A stretch of DNA of 64,000 nucleotides, from the NCBI GenBank assembly GCA_030431975.1, contig JAUIHP010000007.1, forward strand, positions 66,554 to 130,553, given 5' to 3'. Below the pieces are notes generated by a model. The model saw only the letters and a list, made by a program, of their open reading frames with translations, did no database searches and was not told the DNA's origin. The stretch comes from a bacterium. GTDB taxonomy: Bacteria > Eisenbacteria > RBG-16-71-46 > CAIMUX01. Made by a program: the position numbers and the translations under genes. Positions 53,965-63,939 of this stretch are shown here, one piece after another (positions within the stretch are counted from its first letter, which is position 1; each line of letters opens with the position of its first letter).

Positions 53965-56835
53965 TTACTTCACACGTACCAGACGTGCCGTGCGTGTGAA
54001 CCCGCTCGACGGTGCGACCGCACGGACGAAGTAGAGACCCGGCGCTACCGAGTTTCCCGAGTCGGCCCGTCCGTCCCACGCGATGACATCTCCGTCTTCC
54101 GCGGATCCTCGGAACAGTTCGCGAACACGCCGTCCACGCACGTCGAAGACCGAGACCTCGAGCGCCAGCCGTTCGCCGGCGGCGATGCGGAACGACGTCT
54201 GGTCGCGGAAGGGACGCGGCCCGACCCACTCCATTTCGAACGCGTGCCCGACGGAGAGTCCGTCGTTAGCGGTCGAAGCGGGAAGTTCGAAAGGTCCAAA
54301 CCATGAGGAATGTCCGCTAGTCGAGATTTCCTCCAACCAGTAGAAGGCGGATTCCAACGGAGCGTCGGCGTCCCAGAATTCGTAGCGTCCATCTGCCGAA
54401 CGAAGCATCTGTGAAGTGAGGAGTCCATCCGCGGAGGTGTCGCCTCGGTAGACGTGGAAGCCGGCGTGGTCGAGAGCGTCGGAGACCGTCCATTGCACCA
54501 GGCCACCGGTTGCGGGTCCGCTTCCATCCGCGGCTCGACTGCGTTCGATCCGGAGTTCAGCGAGTCGGACCGGCGTGACCTGGACATCATCCCATCGGGC
54601 GAGATAGGGGGAGGACTTGCCTCCCGCTGTGAAGAAGTCACCTCCGACGAAGAGTGCATCCTGATAGAGGGCGAAGGCCAAGGCTTCGCCATCCAGCCCG
54701 GAGCCGAGATTGTCGACGACGACAGTCTCAGTACCGTCTACGGAATAGGAGAGCAGAGAGAACGCAGTCCCTCCCTCGGTCGTCGCGGAGAACGTGCCTC
54801 CGACCATGAGTTCGACGCCGGTCGAATAGAGCGATTCGACATTGCCGAGGAACTCGGTTTCGAGGCCGACCCACCCTGCTCCGTCCCACCTTGCGAGGGG
54901 AGCGTTCACGATGAGTGTGTCCGCCGTCGGGAAGTCTCCTCCGACGACGAGATCACCGCGGTATCGAGCTGCTGTCTTCACGTCTCCCTGAATCCCACGT
55001 CCGAATCCGGACCAGACGGTGCCGTCGAAGCGCGCGATGCGCGTCACCAGTTGGTCTCCCGCGCGGCTGAAGAGTCCGGCGGCGACCAACTGATTCTGAT
55101 AGTTGGTCATCGTAAAGACCGTGGCGTTGACACCGTCCCCGACGTCACTCCAAGTGCTGCCGTCCCAGACTGCGATGTTGTCCGCTGTGTTTCCGTCCGC
55201 CTCCTGAAAATCTCCTCCGGCGTAGAGACGTCCATCCCACGAGAGGAGGTCGAAGACGGGTCCGTCAAAGCCGCCGCCGACTTTTTCCCAGACTTGGTCG
55301 CCGGCGTTCCACTTGGCCGCGTAGGCCAGTCCGACCCCGTTGGTATCGGGCACTCCGAACACACCGCCCGCGTAGAGTTCTCCCTCGTGAACCGCGAGAG
55401 CCTCGACGGGTCCGTCGAACCCGTCGGCATACGAAGACCAGCCGAACCCGTCCCAACCGGCGATGCGATTCGCGGGAAGGCCTCCCGCGTTAGTGAACGA
55501 ACCGCCAACGACCAGCCGGCCGTCGTGGACGACCAGTGAAGAGACCAGGCCGTCCAAGGTCGATCCGAGCGAGCCCCACGTGTCCTCTTGAAAGGAGGCT
55601 ACGAAGTCGATGTCGGAGCCTGCCGACTCGGTGAAGATTCCGGTGGCGATCAGTCGGTCACCGAAGGGAATGAGGTGGGTGACTCCGCCGTTCATTCCCG
55701 TTCCGACGGAGACCCAGTTTTTCGCCTCGTTCTTCTCACCCAGGTTCTCGATCTCCAGTCGAGCGACGGAGACGGCCGTCGTATCGCCGGCAATCCCGAA
55801 GAGTCCACCTGCGTAGATCTGATCCTGGAAGGACGTGATGGAAAGAACGGAGCTGTCCATTCCGATGTTGATCGCTTCCCAGGCTTTGCCGTCGTAGCGC
55901 GCCACCCTTCGCGCCGGTGTGCTTCCCGCTTCTGTGAAGAGGCCGCCGGCGTAAAGACTCGAACCGAGGAATTCGAGGGCAAAGACGCGATCGTTGGTTC
56001 CGCCGCCGACGTTCTGCCATTCGCTTCCGTTCCACAGCGCGAGGTTCGAGAGCGACCCTTGGGCGGAGTTGTTGAAGGAGCCCCCGACGACAAGTTGCCC
56101 CTGGTACTCGGCGATGGCCGAAACCTGTGCGCTCGCGCCTCCGCTGAGACCGCCGCCGACCGGTTCCCAGGTCGCTCCGGTCCATCGGGCGATGTGAAGA
56201 GCCTCCGTTTCATCGTCTCCCAGATTCTCAAACCATCCACCGGCGTAGAGTTCACCGTTCACGGACTCGAGGACGAGCACGGAGGCATCGAATCCGCTGC
56301 CCATCGGTTGCCAGTCGGATCCGTCCCAGATGGCCACACGCGAGAGTTCCGTATCGCCGGACTGTTCGAAGAATCCACCGGCGACAAGCTGGTCGTTCCA
56401 GACGGCGAGGGTGTAGACCGATTCGTCGAAGCCCATCCCCATCGGCTCCCAATTGGCGCCGTTCCAGCGCGCGACGTGTGCTGCGCCGGTATCGCTGGCC
56501 GTGACGAAGTCTCCGCCGACGATGAGGTCACCTTCGAAAAGCGTCGCCGCGAGAACCGCGTTGCCCACCCGTTGCGGGCCGAACCCACCCCACCATTGAA
56601 TGTCCTCGGGGTCTCCCAGTGCGGTCTGCGGAAAGATGGAGTGGAGCGGTTCGACATCGGTCAGCCCGGCGGCAAAGCGGCGGGCGAGCTCGCGTTCGGC
56701 TGGGGGAATGTGGTTCAGGTCGGCAAGGGTGGGGGAGGAGAACAGGGTCACGAAGAGTAGGGCGAAAGCGGCGGGAAAGACCGGAGTGAGAGGTCTGCGG
56801 TCGCGTGGATGTGTACAGCTGTTCGCCTGGGTCAC
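53965..56835 (-). CDS. large secreted repeat-propeller protein with T9SS-type C-terminal domain
   Basis: More than 15 degenerate repeats of roughly 50 aa of the form '..W(D/N)G..W...G.G.(D/N)..V.AL....LYAGG.F..AG'. The C-terminal 'GLYFVRAVAPSSGFTRTARLVRVK' looks like a T9SS/FlgD-Ig sorting domain. The start was chosen at a GTG that yields a plausible signal peptide; the longer track ORF would begin inside the tandem repeat. Confidence 0.6.
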   Translation of the reverse strand: MTQANSCTHPRDRRPLTPVFPAAFALLFVTLFSSPTLADLNHIPPAERELARRFAAGLTDVEPLHSIFPQTALGDPEDIQWWGGFGPQRVGNAVLAATLFEGDLIVGGDFVTASDTGAAHVARWNGANWEPMGMGFDESVYTLAVWNDQLVAGGFFEQSGDTELSRVAIWDGSDWQPMGSGFDASVLVLESVNGELYAGGWFENLGDDETEALHIARWTGATWEPVGGGLSGGASAQVSAIAEYQGQLVVGGSFNNSAQGSLSNLALWNGSEWQNVGGGTNDRVFALEFLGSSLYAGGLFTEAGSTPARRVARYDGKAWEAINIGMDSSVLSITSFQDQIYAGGLFGIAGDTTAVSVARLEIENLGEKNEAKNWVSVGTGMNGGVTHLIPFGDRLIATGIFTESAGSDIDFVASFQEDTWGSLGSTLDGLVSSLVVHDGRLVVGGSFTNAGGLPANRIAGWDGFGWSSYADGFDGPVEALAVHEGELYAGGVFGVPDTNGVGLAYAAKWNAGDQVWEKVGGGFDGPVFDLLSWDGRLYAGGDFQEADGNTADNIAVWDGSTWSDVGDGVNATVFTMTNYQNQLVAAGLFSRAGDQLVTRIARFDGTVWSGFGRGIQGDVKTAARYRGDLVVGGDFPTADTLIVNAPLARWDGAGWVGLETEFLGNVESLYSTGVELMVGGTFSATTEGGTAFSLLSYSVDGTETVVVDNLGSGLDGEALAFALYQDALFVGGDFFTAGGKSSPYLARWDDVQVTPVRLAELRIERSRAADGSGPATGGLVQWTVSDALDHAGFHVYRGDTSADGLLTSQMLRSADGRYEFWDADAPLESAFYWLEEISTSGHSSWFGPFELPASTANDGLSVGHAFEMEWVGPRPFRDQTSFRIAAGERLALEVSVFDVRGRRVRELFRGSAEDGDVIAWDGRADSGNSVAPGLYFVRAVAPSSGFTRTARLVRVK

Positions 56836-56850
56836 GTTTGGTCCTACATG

Positions 56851-57018
56851 GATGCGGCTCGCCGCGTTCGCGGCCTCGCCTCCGGAGGGCGTCGTGGCTT
56901 TGCCACGGCGCCTACGGTGCTTGTTTTGGGTCTGTTTTGATGCGGCTCGCCGCTTTCGCGGCCTCGCCTTCGGAGGCGTCGTTGCTTTGCAACGGCGCCT
57001 ACGGTGCTTGTTTGGGGA
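56851..57018. repeat. 88-bp tandem direct repeat x2 (~90% identical) in divergent promoter region
   Basis: Unit 1 is 56851-56938 and unit 2 starts at 56939: 'gatgcggctcgccgc(g/t)ttcgcggcctcgcct(c/t)cggag...cggcgcctacggtgcttgtttt'. A G/T-rich tract follows. Confidence 0.6.
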
Positions 57019-57334
57019 CATTGCCTTGGGGGCTTTGCACTCCGTGTTTGGTGTTGGGTTTCAGGGTTTGTGCTGGGGATATGAAGACACAACTCGGTTT
57101 GGGGCTCAAGTTGAAGGTTGTGGACGGAAGATTGCGGACGCCGGGTTCCTAACCTGCGACGAAACAGCGTCTTTTGGGGATCGAATCGGGGGCCAGAACG
57201 ACGACGGCGGATCGTCGCTGTAACGTCAACGACCCAGAAGCACTTATCCGGATCTCGTCCGCAATCTTCCGGCCACAACCTTCCACCCACGGGAAGGGGG
57301 CTGGGGTACACTCGCGGCTCGACTTCCGCGAAAG

Positions 57335-60300
57335 GTGAACGTGATGCGATCTTCTTTTATCAGTGCAGGTTCCACCGGCCCTCATCATCGGCGGATGAGG
57401 TCACGCCTCTCCCATCTTGTGCTCGGGACCGCGATGGTTGGGCTCCTGGGGGCACCCTCCAAGACCGAGGCTGCGGACGAATCTGTCGAGGCGTTCTACT
57501 CGGCAGCAAGGCGCGGGGACGAGGTCCTCATGGCGCGGCAGCCGGCGCCGAGCCCGGATGGTTCGCAGATCGCGTTTTCCTATCAGGGGGACCTTTGGAC
57601 GGTGTCGAGCTCCGGCGGTGATGCTCGTCGTCTTACGGCGCATCCGGGGCGTGAGGCCTATCCGATGTGGTCGCCGGACGGCTCGCGGATCGCGTTTTCG
57701 TCCGATCGCAACGGGAACGACGATGTCTTCGTTCTCTCTCTCGAGGAAGGCCGCGTCGAGCAGCTGACGTTCGACTCCGACGGGGAGTACGTCACCGACT
57801 GGACAGCGGACGGCCAGGCGCTACTCATCCAGAACCGGGGTCACGTTCGCGATGGTCGGAATGCCGGCATCTGGTTGCTGCCGCTTTCCGGCGGAAATCC
57901 GGGATTTGTCCAGCCGGTTGGGGGACGTTTGGGTGCGCTCTCGCCGGATGGGACAAGACTAGCGTTCGTGCGTGGCTCCACGGCTTGGTGGAGGCGTGGC
58001 TATGAAGGGCCCGGCCGCTACCGGTTGTATCTGCACGAGCTCGAAGCGCCGCTTACGAGTGCGGCGCCTCACACTCAGGTTCGAACCGCCTCCGTCAAGA
58101 ACGCGCACACGCAGATGGGGGACTATGCCGACCTCGCGCTGCGTCCCAACGGTCGGTACGTGGAACTCAGCGGCCTGGCGTCCGAGCGGGGCGAACCGCG
58201 CTCCCAGCATGATCGCAATCTGCGCCCGGACTTCGATCGCCCGTCGCAGGAGTCCGGAGCGAACGCGAATCCGTTCTGGTTCCCCGACGGAGAACACCTG
58301 CTCTATCTGAGCGAGATCCACGGTGTGACCAACCTGAAGCTGATGAATGCCACCACAGGGACGCGCGCATGGATTACTCGATTCGAGAACGGTGACGGCA
58401 GGCTTCGCCATCCGCAGCTTTCCGAAGACGGCTCTCTCGCGGTTTTCGAGTACGAAGACGGGATCTACGCGGTAGACGTTCCGGCGACGCTTCCTGCAGC
58501 GGGATCCACGACGTGGTCGCAGCCGCCGTCGGATCCGCGGCGGATCTCCATTCGTCTGCCGCTCGACGAACGTATGGCTACCGTCGGAACGGTCACCGTA
58601 AAGAGCGACGCCTCTGAGTCCGAGCCGTCCCCGGACGACGAGCAGATTGCATTTGTCCACGAGGGAGACATCTTTGCCATGAAGGCGAGCAAGGATGAGC
58701 CGTGGGCCTATGCCCTGACCTCGGATCCGTCGCGAGACCGGGACATCATGTGGTCACCGGACTCGAAGTCTTTGGTCTTCGTTTCGGATCGCACAGGGAA
58801 TCAGGACATCTTCGTCGTCACCTCCGGCGACCCCAACGAGTCGCGTCTTTGCCGGACGCTGCAGCCGCAGATCAAACAACTCACCGATTCTCCGGAGCCG
58901 GAAGAACAGCTTCAGTACTCGCCGGACGGAAAGCGCATTGCCTTCGTCCGCGGACCGGGCACGTTGATGACGATGAAGGCCGATGGAGGGGACGAGAAGG
59001 TCATCGTCGACGGATGGGCCGGCATCGATTATCAGTGGTCACCGGACGGCAAGTGGTTCGTCTTTGCCCGGCAGGACGACGACTTCAACACGGACATCCA
59101 CATCATCGCTTCCGACGGGTCCGGCGAGCCGTACAACTTGAGCCGCCACCCGGATGACGACTACTCACCCTACTGGTCTGCCGACGGGCGGGTCATCGCC
59201 TTCGTCTCGACTCGAAAGTTCCCCAACCAAACCGATATCTGGTACGCACGCCTCTCCAAGGAAGATTGGGAACTGACGAAGGAAGACCGTCTCGATGCCG
59301 AGGACGCCGAGAAGGCGAACAAAGGGAAAGGCGACGGCAAGGAAGACAAAGACGGCAAAGACAAGAAGGACGGCAAAAAAGACGACAAGAAAGGCGACAA
59401 AGACGGATCCGACGACGAGAAGGATCTGCCGGAGGTCGTCATCGACTTTGATGGTCTGCATGAGCGCATCGTTCGACTGACCTCGTTCCCCGGTTCGGAG
59501 TCCCGAGTTTGGGTCACGCCCGACGCAGAGGAGTTTCTCTTTCGTACTGACACGGATGGCAAGACGGATCTCTGGAAGATTCGTTGGGATGGCGAAGAGG
59601 AAGAGCGGGTGACCTCAGGCGGCACCAACCCCCGATCCGTGCGATTCGACAGCAAGGGCAAGAGGATCTTCTACCGCAAGGGAAGCGGCAGCATCCACTC
59701 TGTCTCGTTGAGCGGAAAGGACTCAGAAACCTACCGCTATGAAGCGGAAAAGGAACTGGATCGTTTCGGGCGCCGTCGGGCGGTCTTCGTTGAGGCTTGG
59801 CGCGAACTCCGGGACAACTTCTATGACCCGGAGATGCACGGAGCGGACTGGAACGAAGTCCGGGAGCGCTTTGACTCCTGGGCGGAGGCTGCGTCCACGT
59901 ATGCCGACTTCCGCGATGTCATCAAGATGATGCTGGGCGAGGTGGGAGCGTCGCACATGAACGTCTATGGCGGGCCGGGAGATGTCGGTGAATCGCTCAG
60001 CGCGGACCTTCGTCTCGACGGACCGGGGGACAACTCCGGTTTCGCGGTGTTTGACGATGATGTCGACGGCGAGCCGATTGATCCATCGACCTTGCGATCG
60101 GCTCTCGGAGACTTTGACGGTTGGATCGAGGATCTACTGCCGGAGGCTGATCTCGATCCTGTCGGTGAGGACTATGGGACGCTTTCGTCTTCGACCGCGG
60201 AACTGGGCGTCTTCTTCGATCCGTCCTTCCGGGGACCGGGAATGCGTGTGACCCACGTCGTTCCGAACGGTCCGGCCGATCGCGCCAGCAGCCGACTCGA

Positions 60301-61093
60301 GGTTGGCGACGTCGTTCGGAAGATCGACGGCCGAGAGACCGGTCCGAACGTCCACCTGTCCCAACTGCTCGACCGCAAGTCGGACAAGAAGGTGCGGCTG
60401 GAAGTCGAACGCAACGGCAAGACTCGCCAGGTCATCCTGCGTCCCGTTTCGCGGGGAACCTTGAGAAACCTCCTCTACGACGCCGAGGTGGCCATGCGGC
60501 AGCAGCACGTTGCGGACGTGTCTGAGGATCGCGTGGCCTACGTCCATATCCGCGGGATGAGTGTTCCGAGCCTCGAGGACTTCGAACGGGACCTTTTTGC
60601 ACAAGCTCACGGGAAGGATGCGCTCATCATCGATGTTCGGGACAACGGCGGAGGCTGGACGACCGATCTCATGATGACGAGTCTGGCCGCAGCGGATCAT
60701 GCCGTGACCATTCCCCGAGGGGGAGGGAAGGGCTATCCGGAAGACCGCCGGCTCATGTACGCGTGGTCGAAACCGATCGTGGTTCTTTGCAACGAGTTCA
60801 GTTTCTCGAACGCGGAGATTTTTTCCTGGGCGGTGCAAACCACCGATCGCGGACCTGTGGTCGGCACGACGACGTACGGCGGTGTGATTTCTACCGGCGG
60901 TACGACCCTCGCTGACGGAACGTGGCTGCGCCTGCCCTTCCGCGGTTGGTACACCAAGGGCGAAGAGGTCAACATGGAGCGAGTGGGTTGTACGCCGGAC
61001 TATCCTGTGTACAGTGATCCGAACGAACTCGTCATTGGAAACGATCCGCAGCTGGCCGCCGCCGTGCAGAAGGCGATCGAACAACTGCGGTAG
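57335..61093 (+). CDS. Tricorn-protease-like S41 peptidase with TolB-type beta-propellers, PDZ domain and a K/D-rich low-complexity insert
   Basis: Signal peptide, multiple PD40 repeats ('WSPDGSRIAF' and others), a PDZ domain ('GMRVTHVVPNGPADRA...GDVVRKIDG') and a C-terminal S41 core ('DVRDNGGGW', 'YGGVISTGG'). The insert 'KGKGDGKEDKDGKDKKDGKKDDKKGDKDGSDDEKD' lies at 59320-59430. The start may instead be M21 at 57395. Confidence 0.85.
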   Translation: MNVMRSSFISAGSTGPHHRRMRSRLSHLVLGTAMVGLLGAPSKTEAADESVEAFYSAARRGDEVLMARQPAPSPDGSQIAFSYQGDLWTVSSSGGDARRLTAHPGREAYPMWSPDGSRIAFSSDRNGNDDVFVLSLEEGRVEQLTFDSDGEYVTDWTADGQALLIQNRGHVRDGRNAGIWLLPLSGGNPGFVQPVGGRLGALSPDGTRLAFVRGSTAWWRRGYEGPGRYRLYLHELEAPLTSAAPHTQVRTASVKNAHTQMGDYADLALRPNGRYVELSGLASERGEPRSQHDRNLRPDFDRPSQESGANANPFWFPDGEHLLYLSEIHGVTNLKLMNATTGTRAWITRFENGDGRLRHPQLSEDGSLAVFEYEDGIYAVDVPATLPAAGSTTWSQPPSDPRRISIRLPLDERMATVGTVTVKSDASESEPSPDDEQIAFVHEGDIFAMKASKDEPWAYALTSDPSRDRDIMWSPDSKSLVFVSDRTGNQDIFVVTSGDPNESRLCRTLQPQIKQLTDSPEPEEQLQYSPDGKRIAFVRGPGTLMTMKADGGDEKVIVDGWAGIDYQWSPDGKWFVFARQDDDFNTDIHIIASDGSGEPYNLSRHPDDDYSPYWSADGRVIAFVSTRKFPNQTDIWYARLSKEDWELTKEDRLDAEDAEKANKGKGDGKEDKDGKDKKDGKKDDKKGDKDGSDDEKDLPEVVIDFDGLHERIVRLTSFPGSESRVWVTPDAEEFLFRTDTDGKTDLWKIRWDGEEEERVTSGGTNPRSVRFDSKGKRIFYRKGSGSIHSVSLSGKDSETYRYEAEKELDRFGRRRAVFVEAWRELRDNFYDPEMHGADWNEVRERFDSWAEAASTYADFRDVIKMMLGEVGASHMNVYGGPGDVGESLSADLRLDGPGDNSGFAVFDDDVDGEPIDPSTLRSALGDFDGWIEDLLPEADLDPVGEDYGTLSSSTAELGVFFDPSFRGPGMRVTHVVPNGPADRASSRLEVGDVVRKIDGRETGPNVHLSQLLDRKSDKKVRLEVERNGKTRQVILRPVSRGTLRNLLYDAEVAMRQQHVADVSEDRVAYVHIRGMSVPSLEDFERDLFAQAHGKDALIIDVRDNGGGWTTDLMMTSLAAADHAVTIPRGGGKGYPEDRRLMYAWSKPIVVLCNEFSFSNAEIFSWAVQTTDRGPVVGTTTYGGVISTGGTTLADGTWLRLPFRGWYTKGEEVNMERVGCTPDYPVYSDPNELVIGNDPQLAAAVQKAIEQLR

Positions 61094-61098
61094 TCCGT

Positions 61099-63939
61099 GT
61101 GATGGAGATGGCGATCGAACAACGGAAGTGGTCGCGTGGTGGAGATGGAATGAACTGGTTGCGTGAGCAGAAGTGCCGATGCCGCAGTGCGGGCGGTTGG
61201 ACGTTGAAGGAAGAGAGCGCCAAGTACGCGCCGGACCGAACCTGTGACGTCACCCACTTGAAGATCGAAGTCAAGCCGGACCTACCGAAGAAGCGAATCG
61301 AGGCGACGGCGACCCTCAGTTTGGAAGCGGCGTACGGACCGTTTCTCTCGATTGGCCTGGATGCGGTCGACCTCGAGATCGATTCCATTCGCGATTCCCG
61401 CGGCCGGGATCTCGACTACACCTACCTCCAGAACAAGCTCGTCGTCCGTTTTCCCAAGCCGGTGAAAGAGCGGGAAGACCTTGTCATCGAGTACCGGAAG
61501 GAAGGACCCCGCCGCGGGCTCTACTTCTGGGGGCCGACTTCGTGGGCCCCGAAGCGGGAATGGCAGATGTGGAGCCAGGGCGAAGACGAGGAAGCACGTC
61601 ACTGGATTCCCTGTCACGACGCCCCGAACGAGAAGATGACGACCGAGATGGTGGTGACGGTTCCGTCGAAGTACACGGCCATCTCCAACGGATCGCTCCA
61701 GAGTTCGACGAGAAAGGGACGGAACACCGTCTGGCACTACCTGGAATCCGTGCCGCACACGTCGTACCTCATCTCCCTTGTCATTGGAGTCTTCAACAAG
61801 ATCGAAGACGACCTGGACGGCCTTCCCGTCGAGTACTTTGTCGAGCCGGGCCGCGAGGAAGAGGCGGAGCGATCTTTCGGGAAGACTCCTGCGATGATCC
61901 AGTACTTCGCCGAGCTGCTGGAATGCCCGTTTCCCTACGAGAAGTACGCCCAGGTCGTCGTCCGCCACTTCATCTTTGGGGGAATGGAGAACACTTCGGC
62001 CACGACGCAAACGGATGGGACGCTCCACGACAAGAAGGCCGCCCTCGACGTTTCAAGCGACTCGCTGGTCTCCCACGAACTGGCTCATCAGTGGTTCGGC
62101 GACCTTCTTACGTGCAAGCACTGGGCTCACGCGTGGCTCAACGAAGGGTTCGCCACCTACTTCGAGTGCCTTTGGCGCGAACATGCCGAGTCTTTCGAGG
62201 AGTTCGAACAGAACCTCATCGAGGACGCGGACGACTACTTCGACGAAGGCTACCTTCGTGCCATCGTGAACCACAAGTTCGCGTATCCGATTCAGCTCTT
62301 CGACAATCATCTCTACCCCAAAGGTGGCTGGGTGCTGCACATGCTGCGGCGCCACGTCGGCGACGATCTCTTTTGGAAGGCGCTTCGTCTCTACGTTCGC
62401 CGACACGCGGCGTCCACGGTGGAGACGATCGATCTTATGCGCGCCTTCGAGGACGCCACCGGAAAGAACCTCGAGGCATTCTTCCATCAGTGGCTCTTCT
62501 CTCCCGGTCATCCGGAACTCGAAACGAGTTTCAGCTGGAAGAGCGAGGACTCGGTTCTCGAGATCAAGGTGAAGCAGACGCAATCGACGAAGGACGGAAC
62601 ACCTGTCTTCAAGATTCCGGTCGAAGTCGAGGCTCGCTTGAAGGACGCCGAGGGGAGGGCCCGTTCGGCCCGCGGAAAGAAGGCTTCGGGGCACAAGGCT
62701 GCGGATGCCAAGCTCGATGATGCCAAGACCACCGGGGCAAGAACCGCAGATGTGAAGGCCACAGATGCGAAGGCCGCAGATGCGAAGATCATTCGCCGTG
62801 TCTTTGACATGACGATGGCCGAGCAGACTTTCTATCTGGAGCTGCCCTCCGAACCGCAGCGGGCCCTGCTCGATCCCAATGCTCGGGTTCTCGCGACGCA
62901 CAAACTGGATATGCCCTCGGAGTGGGTCCGTGCTGCCCTGGTCGGCCCGGCGCGGGACACGCGGGTCTACGCGAGAACTCTTCTTGTCCGTCAGACAAAG
63001 AAGGAGCCGAGTCTGGCCACGGTTCGCCTTCTCGGTGAAGTCGTTCGTAAGGATCCCTTCTGGGGAGTGCAGGCTGAAGCGGCAGAGGCGCTTTCCAAGA
63101 TCCGAACTCCGGAGGCTCGGGACGAACTTCTCAAGTCGATGAAAGTTTCCTCGGCCAAGGCACGACGAGGCGTCATGACGGCGCTCGGTGAGTTCGTCGG
63201 CGACGAATCGGTCATTTCGGCTCTGAAGCAAAAGATCGGGCAGGGTGATACGGCCTATCACGCGATGACTCGTGCCTACGCCTCTTACGGGAAGGTGGCC
63301 GGTGCGAAAGGGGCTCCGCTTCTTCGTAAGGAAATGCAGAAAGCTCTGAAGCGTCGCGATTGGCATGACGTGGAAGCGCTCGGAATTGCGCGCGGACTCG
63401 TGGCGGCCCGTGACGAAGACGCGGTCGACGATGTGTTGGCGCTTGCCACCGACCCGTCGCGGTACTGGGCTTCTCGCCTTCACGCGTTCAAGGCGCTTGC
63501 CGAGCTGGGTTCCGTGCGGCCGGCCCTGGCTCCGCGAATCAGCGAAGCGATGGAGCCGCACTTGTGGGACGAGGAACTCCTGCTCGCATTCTCCCTTCCG
63601 TCCGCGTTCGGGACCTTGGGCTACAAGGGTGCGATTCCGGTTCTCGAACGTTGTGCCGAGTCTGCGGCCGTCGACGAATTGCGCGACGGATGTCTTCGCG
63701 CCATCGAGACGATCACGTCCAAGGATCAGACCGGCGGGAAAGTCGATCGACTGCAATCAGAGATTCGTCGGTTGGAAGAAGAGACACGGACTTTGCGAGA
63801 ACGTCTCGATCTTGCGGAAGAAAAGGGCGCGGCAGCAGAGGGTCGACGGCAGAACGGTCGCCCCTCCGGTTCGAAATCCAGCCCGAAGTCCGGTAAGAGC
63901 GGGAATCGTCGGTCCATGAAGGTCAAGGTGCGCCGGTAG
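61099..63939 (+). CDS. M1-family aminopeptidase (aminopeptidase N-like) with C-terminal HEAT/ARM repeats and coiled-coil basic tail
   Basis: The 'GGMEN' exopeptidase motif and the 'HELAHQWFGDLLTCKHWAHAWLNEG' HExxH-(18)-E zinc site. The C-terminus has HEAT-like repeats, then 'RLQSEIRRLEEETRTLRERL' and a Lys/Arg/Ser tail. Confidence 0.85.
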   Translation: MMEMAIEQRKWSRGGDGMNWLREQKCRCRSAGGWTLKEESAKYAPDRTCDVTHLKIEVKPDLPKKRIEATATLSLEAAYGPFLSIGLDAVDLEIDSIRDSRGRDLDYTYLQNKLVVRFPKPVKEREDLVIEYRKEGPRRGLYFWGPTSWAPKREWQMWSQGEDEEARHWIPCHDAPNEKMTTEMVVTVPSKYTAISNGSLQSSTRKGRNTVWHYLESVPHTSYLISLVIGVFNKIEDDLDGLPVEYFVEPGREEEAERSFGKTPAMIQYFAELLECPFPYEKYAQVVVRHFIFGGMENTSATTQTDGTLHDKKAALDVSSDSLVSHELAHQWFGDLLTCKHWAHAWLNEGFATYFECLWREHAESFEEFEQNLIEDADDYFDEGYLRAIVNHKFAYPIQLFDNHLYPKGGWVLHMLRRHVGDDLFWKALRLYVRRHAASTVETIDLMRAFEDATGKNLEAFFHQWLFSPGHPELETSFSWKSEDSVLEIKVKQTQSTKDGTPVFKIPVEVEARLKDAEGRARSARGKKASGHKAADAKLDDAKTTGARTADVKATDAKAADAKIIRRVFDMTMAEQTFYLELPSEPQRALLDPNARVLATHKLDMPSEWVRAALVGPARDTRVYARTLLVRQTKKEPSLATVRLLGEVVRKDPFWGVQAEAAEALSKIRTPEARDELLKSMKVSSAKARRGVMTALGEFVGDESVISALKQKIGQGDTAYHAMTRAYASYGKVAGAKGAPLLRKEMQKALKRRDWHDVEALGIARGLVAARDEDAVDDVLALATDPSRYWASRLHAFKALAELGSVRPALAPRISEAMEPHLWDEELLLAFSLPSAFGTLGYKGAIPVLERCAESAAVDELRDGCLRAIETITSKDQTGGKVDRLQSEIRRLEEETRTLRERLDLAEEKGAAAEGRRQNGRPSGSKSSPKSGKSGNRRSMKVKVRR

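Noticed and set aside
54454-56760. Plus-strand ORFs (361 and 390 aa) opposite the repeat-propeller gene
   Set aside because: They are antisense to a gene with a repetitive propeller and a T9SS tail. Their translations are Gly/Asp/Arg low complexity.
56836-57021. N-terminal extension of the propeller ORF to 57021 (MSPNKHRRRRCKATTP...)
   Set aside because: The extension is a translation of the 88-bp tandem DNA repeat, poly-basic and without a signal peptide. A start at GTG 56835 gives a proper signal peptide.
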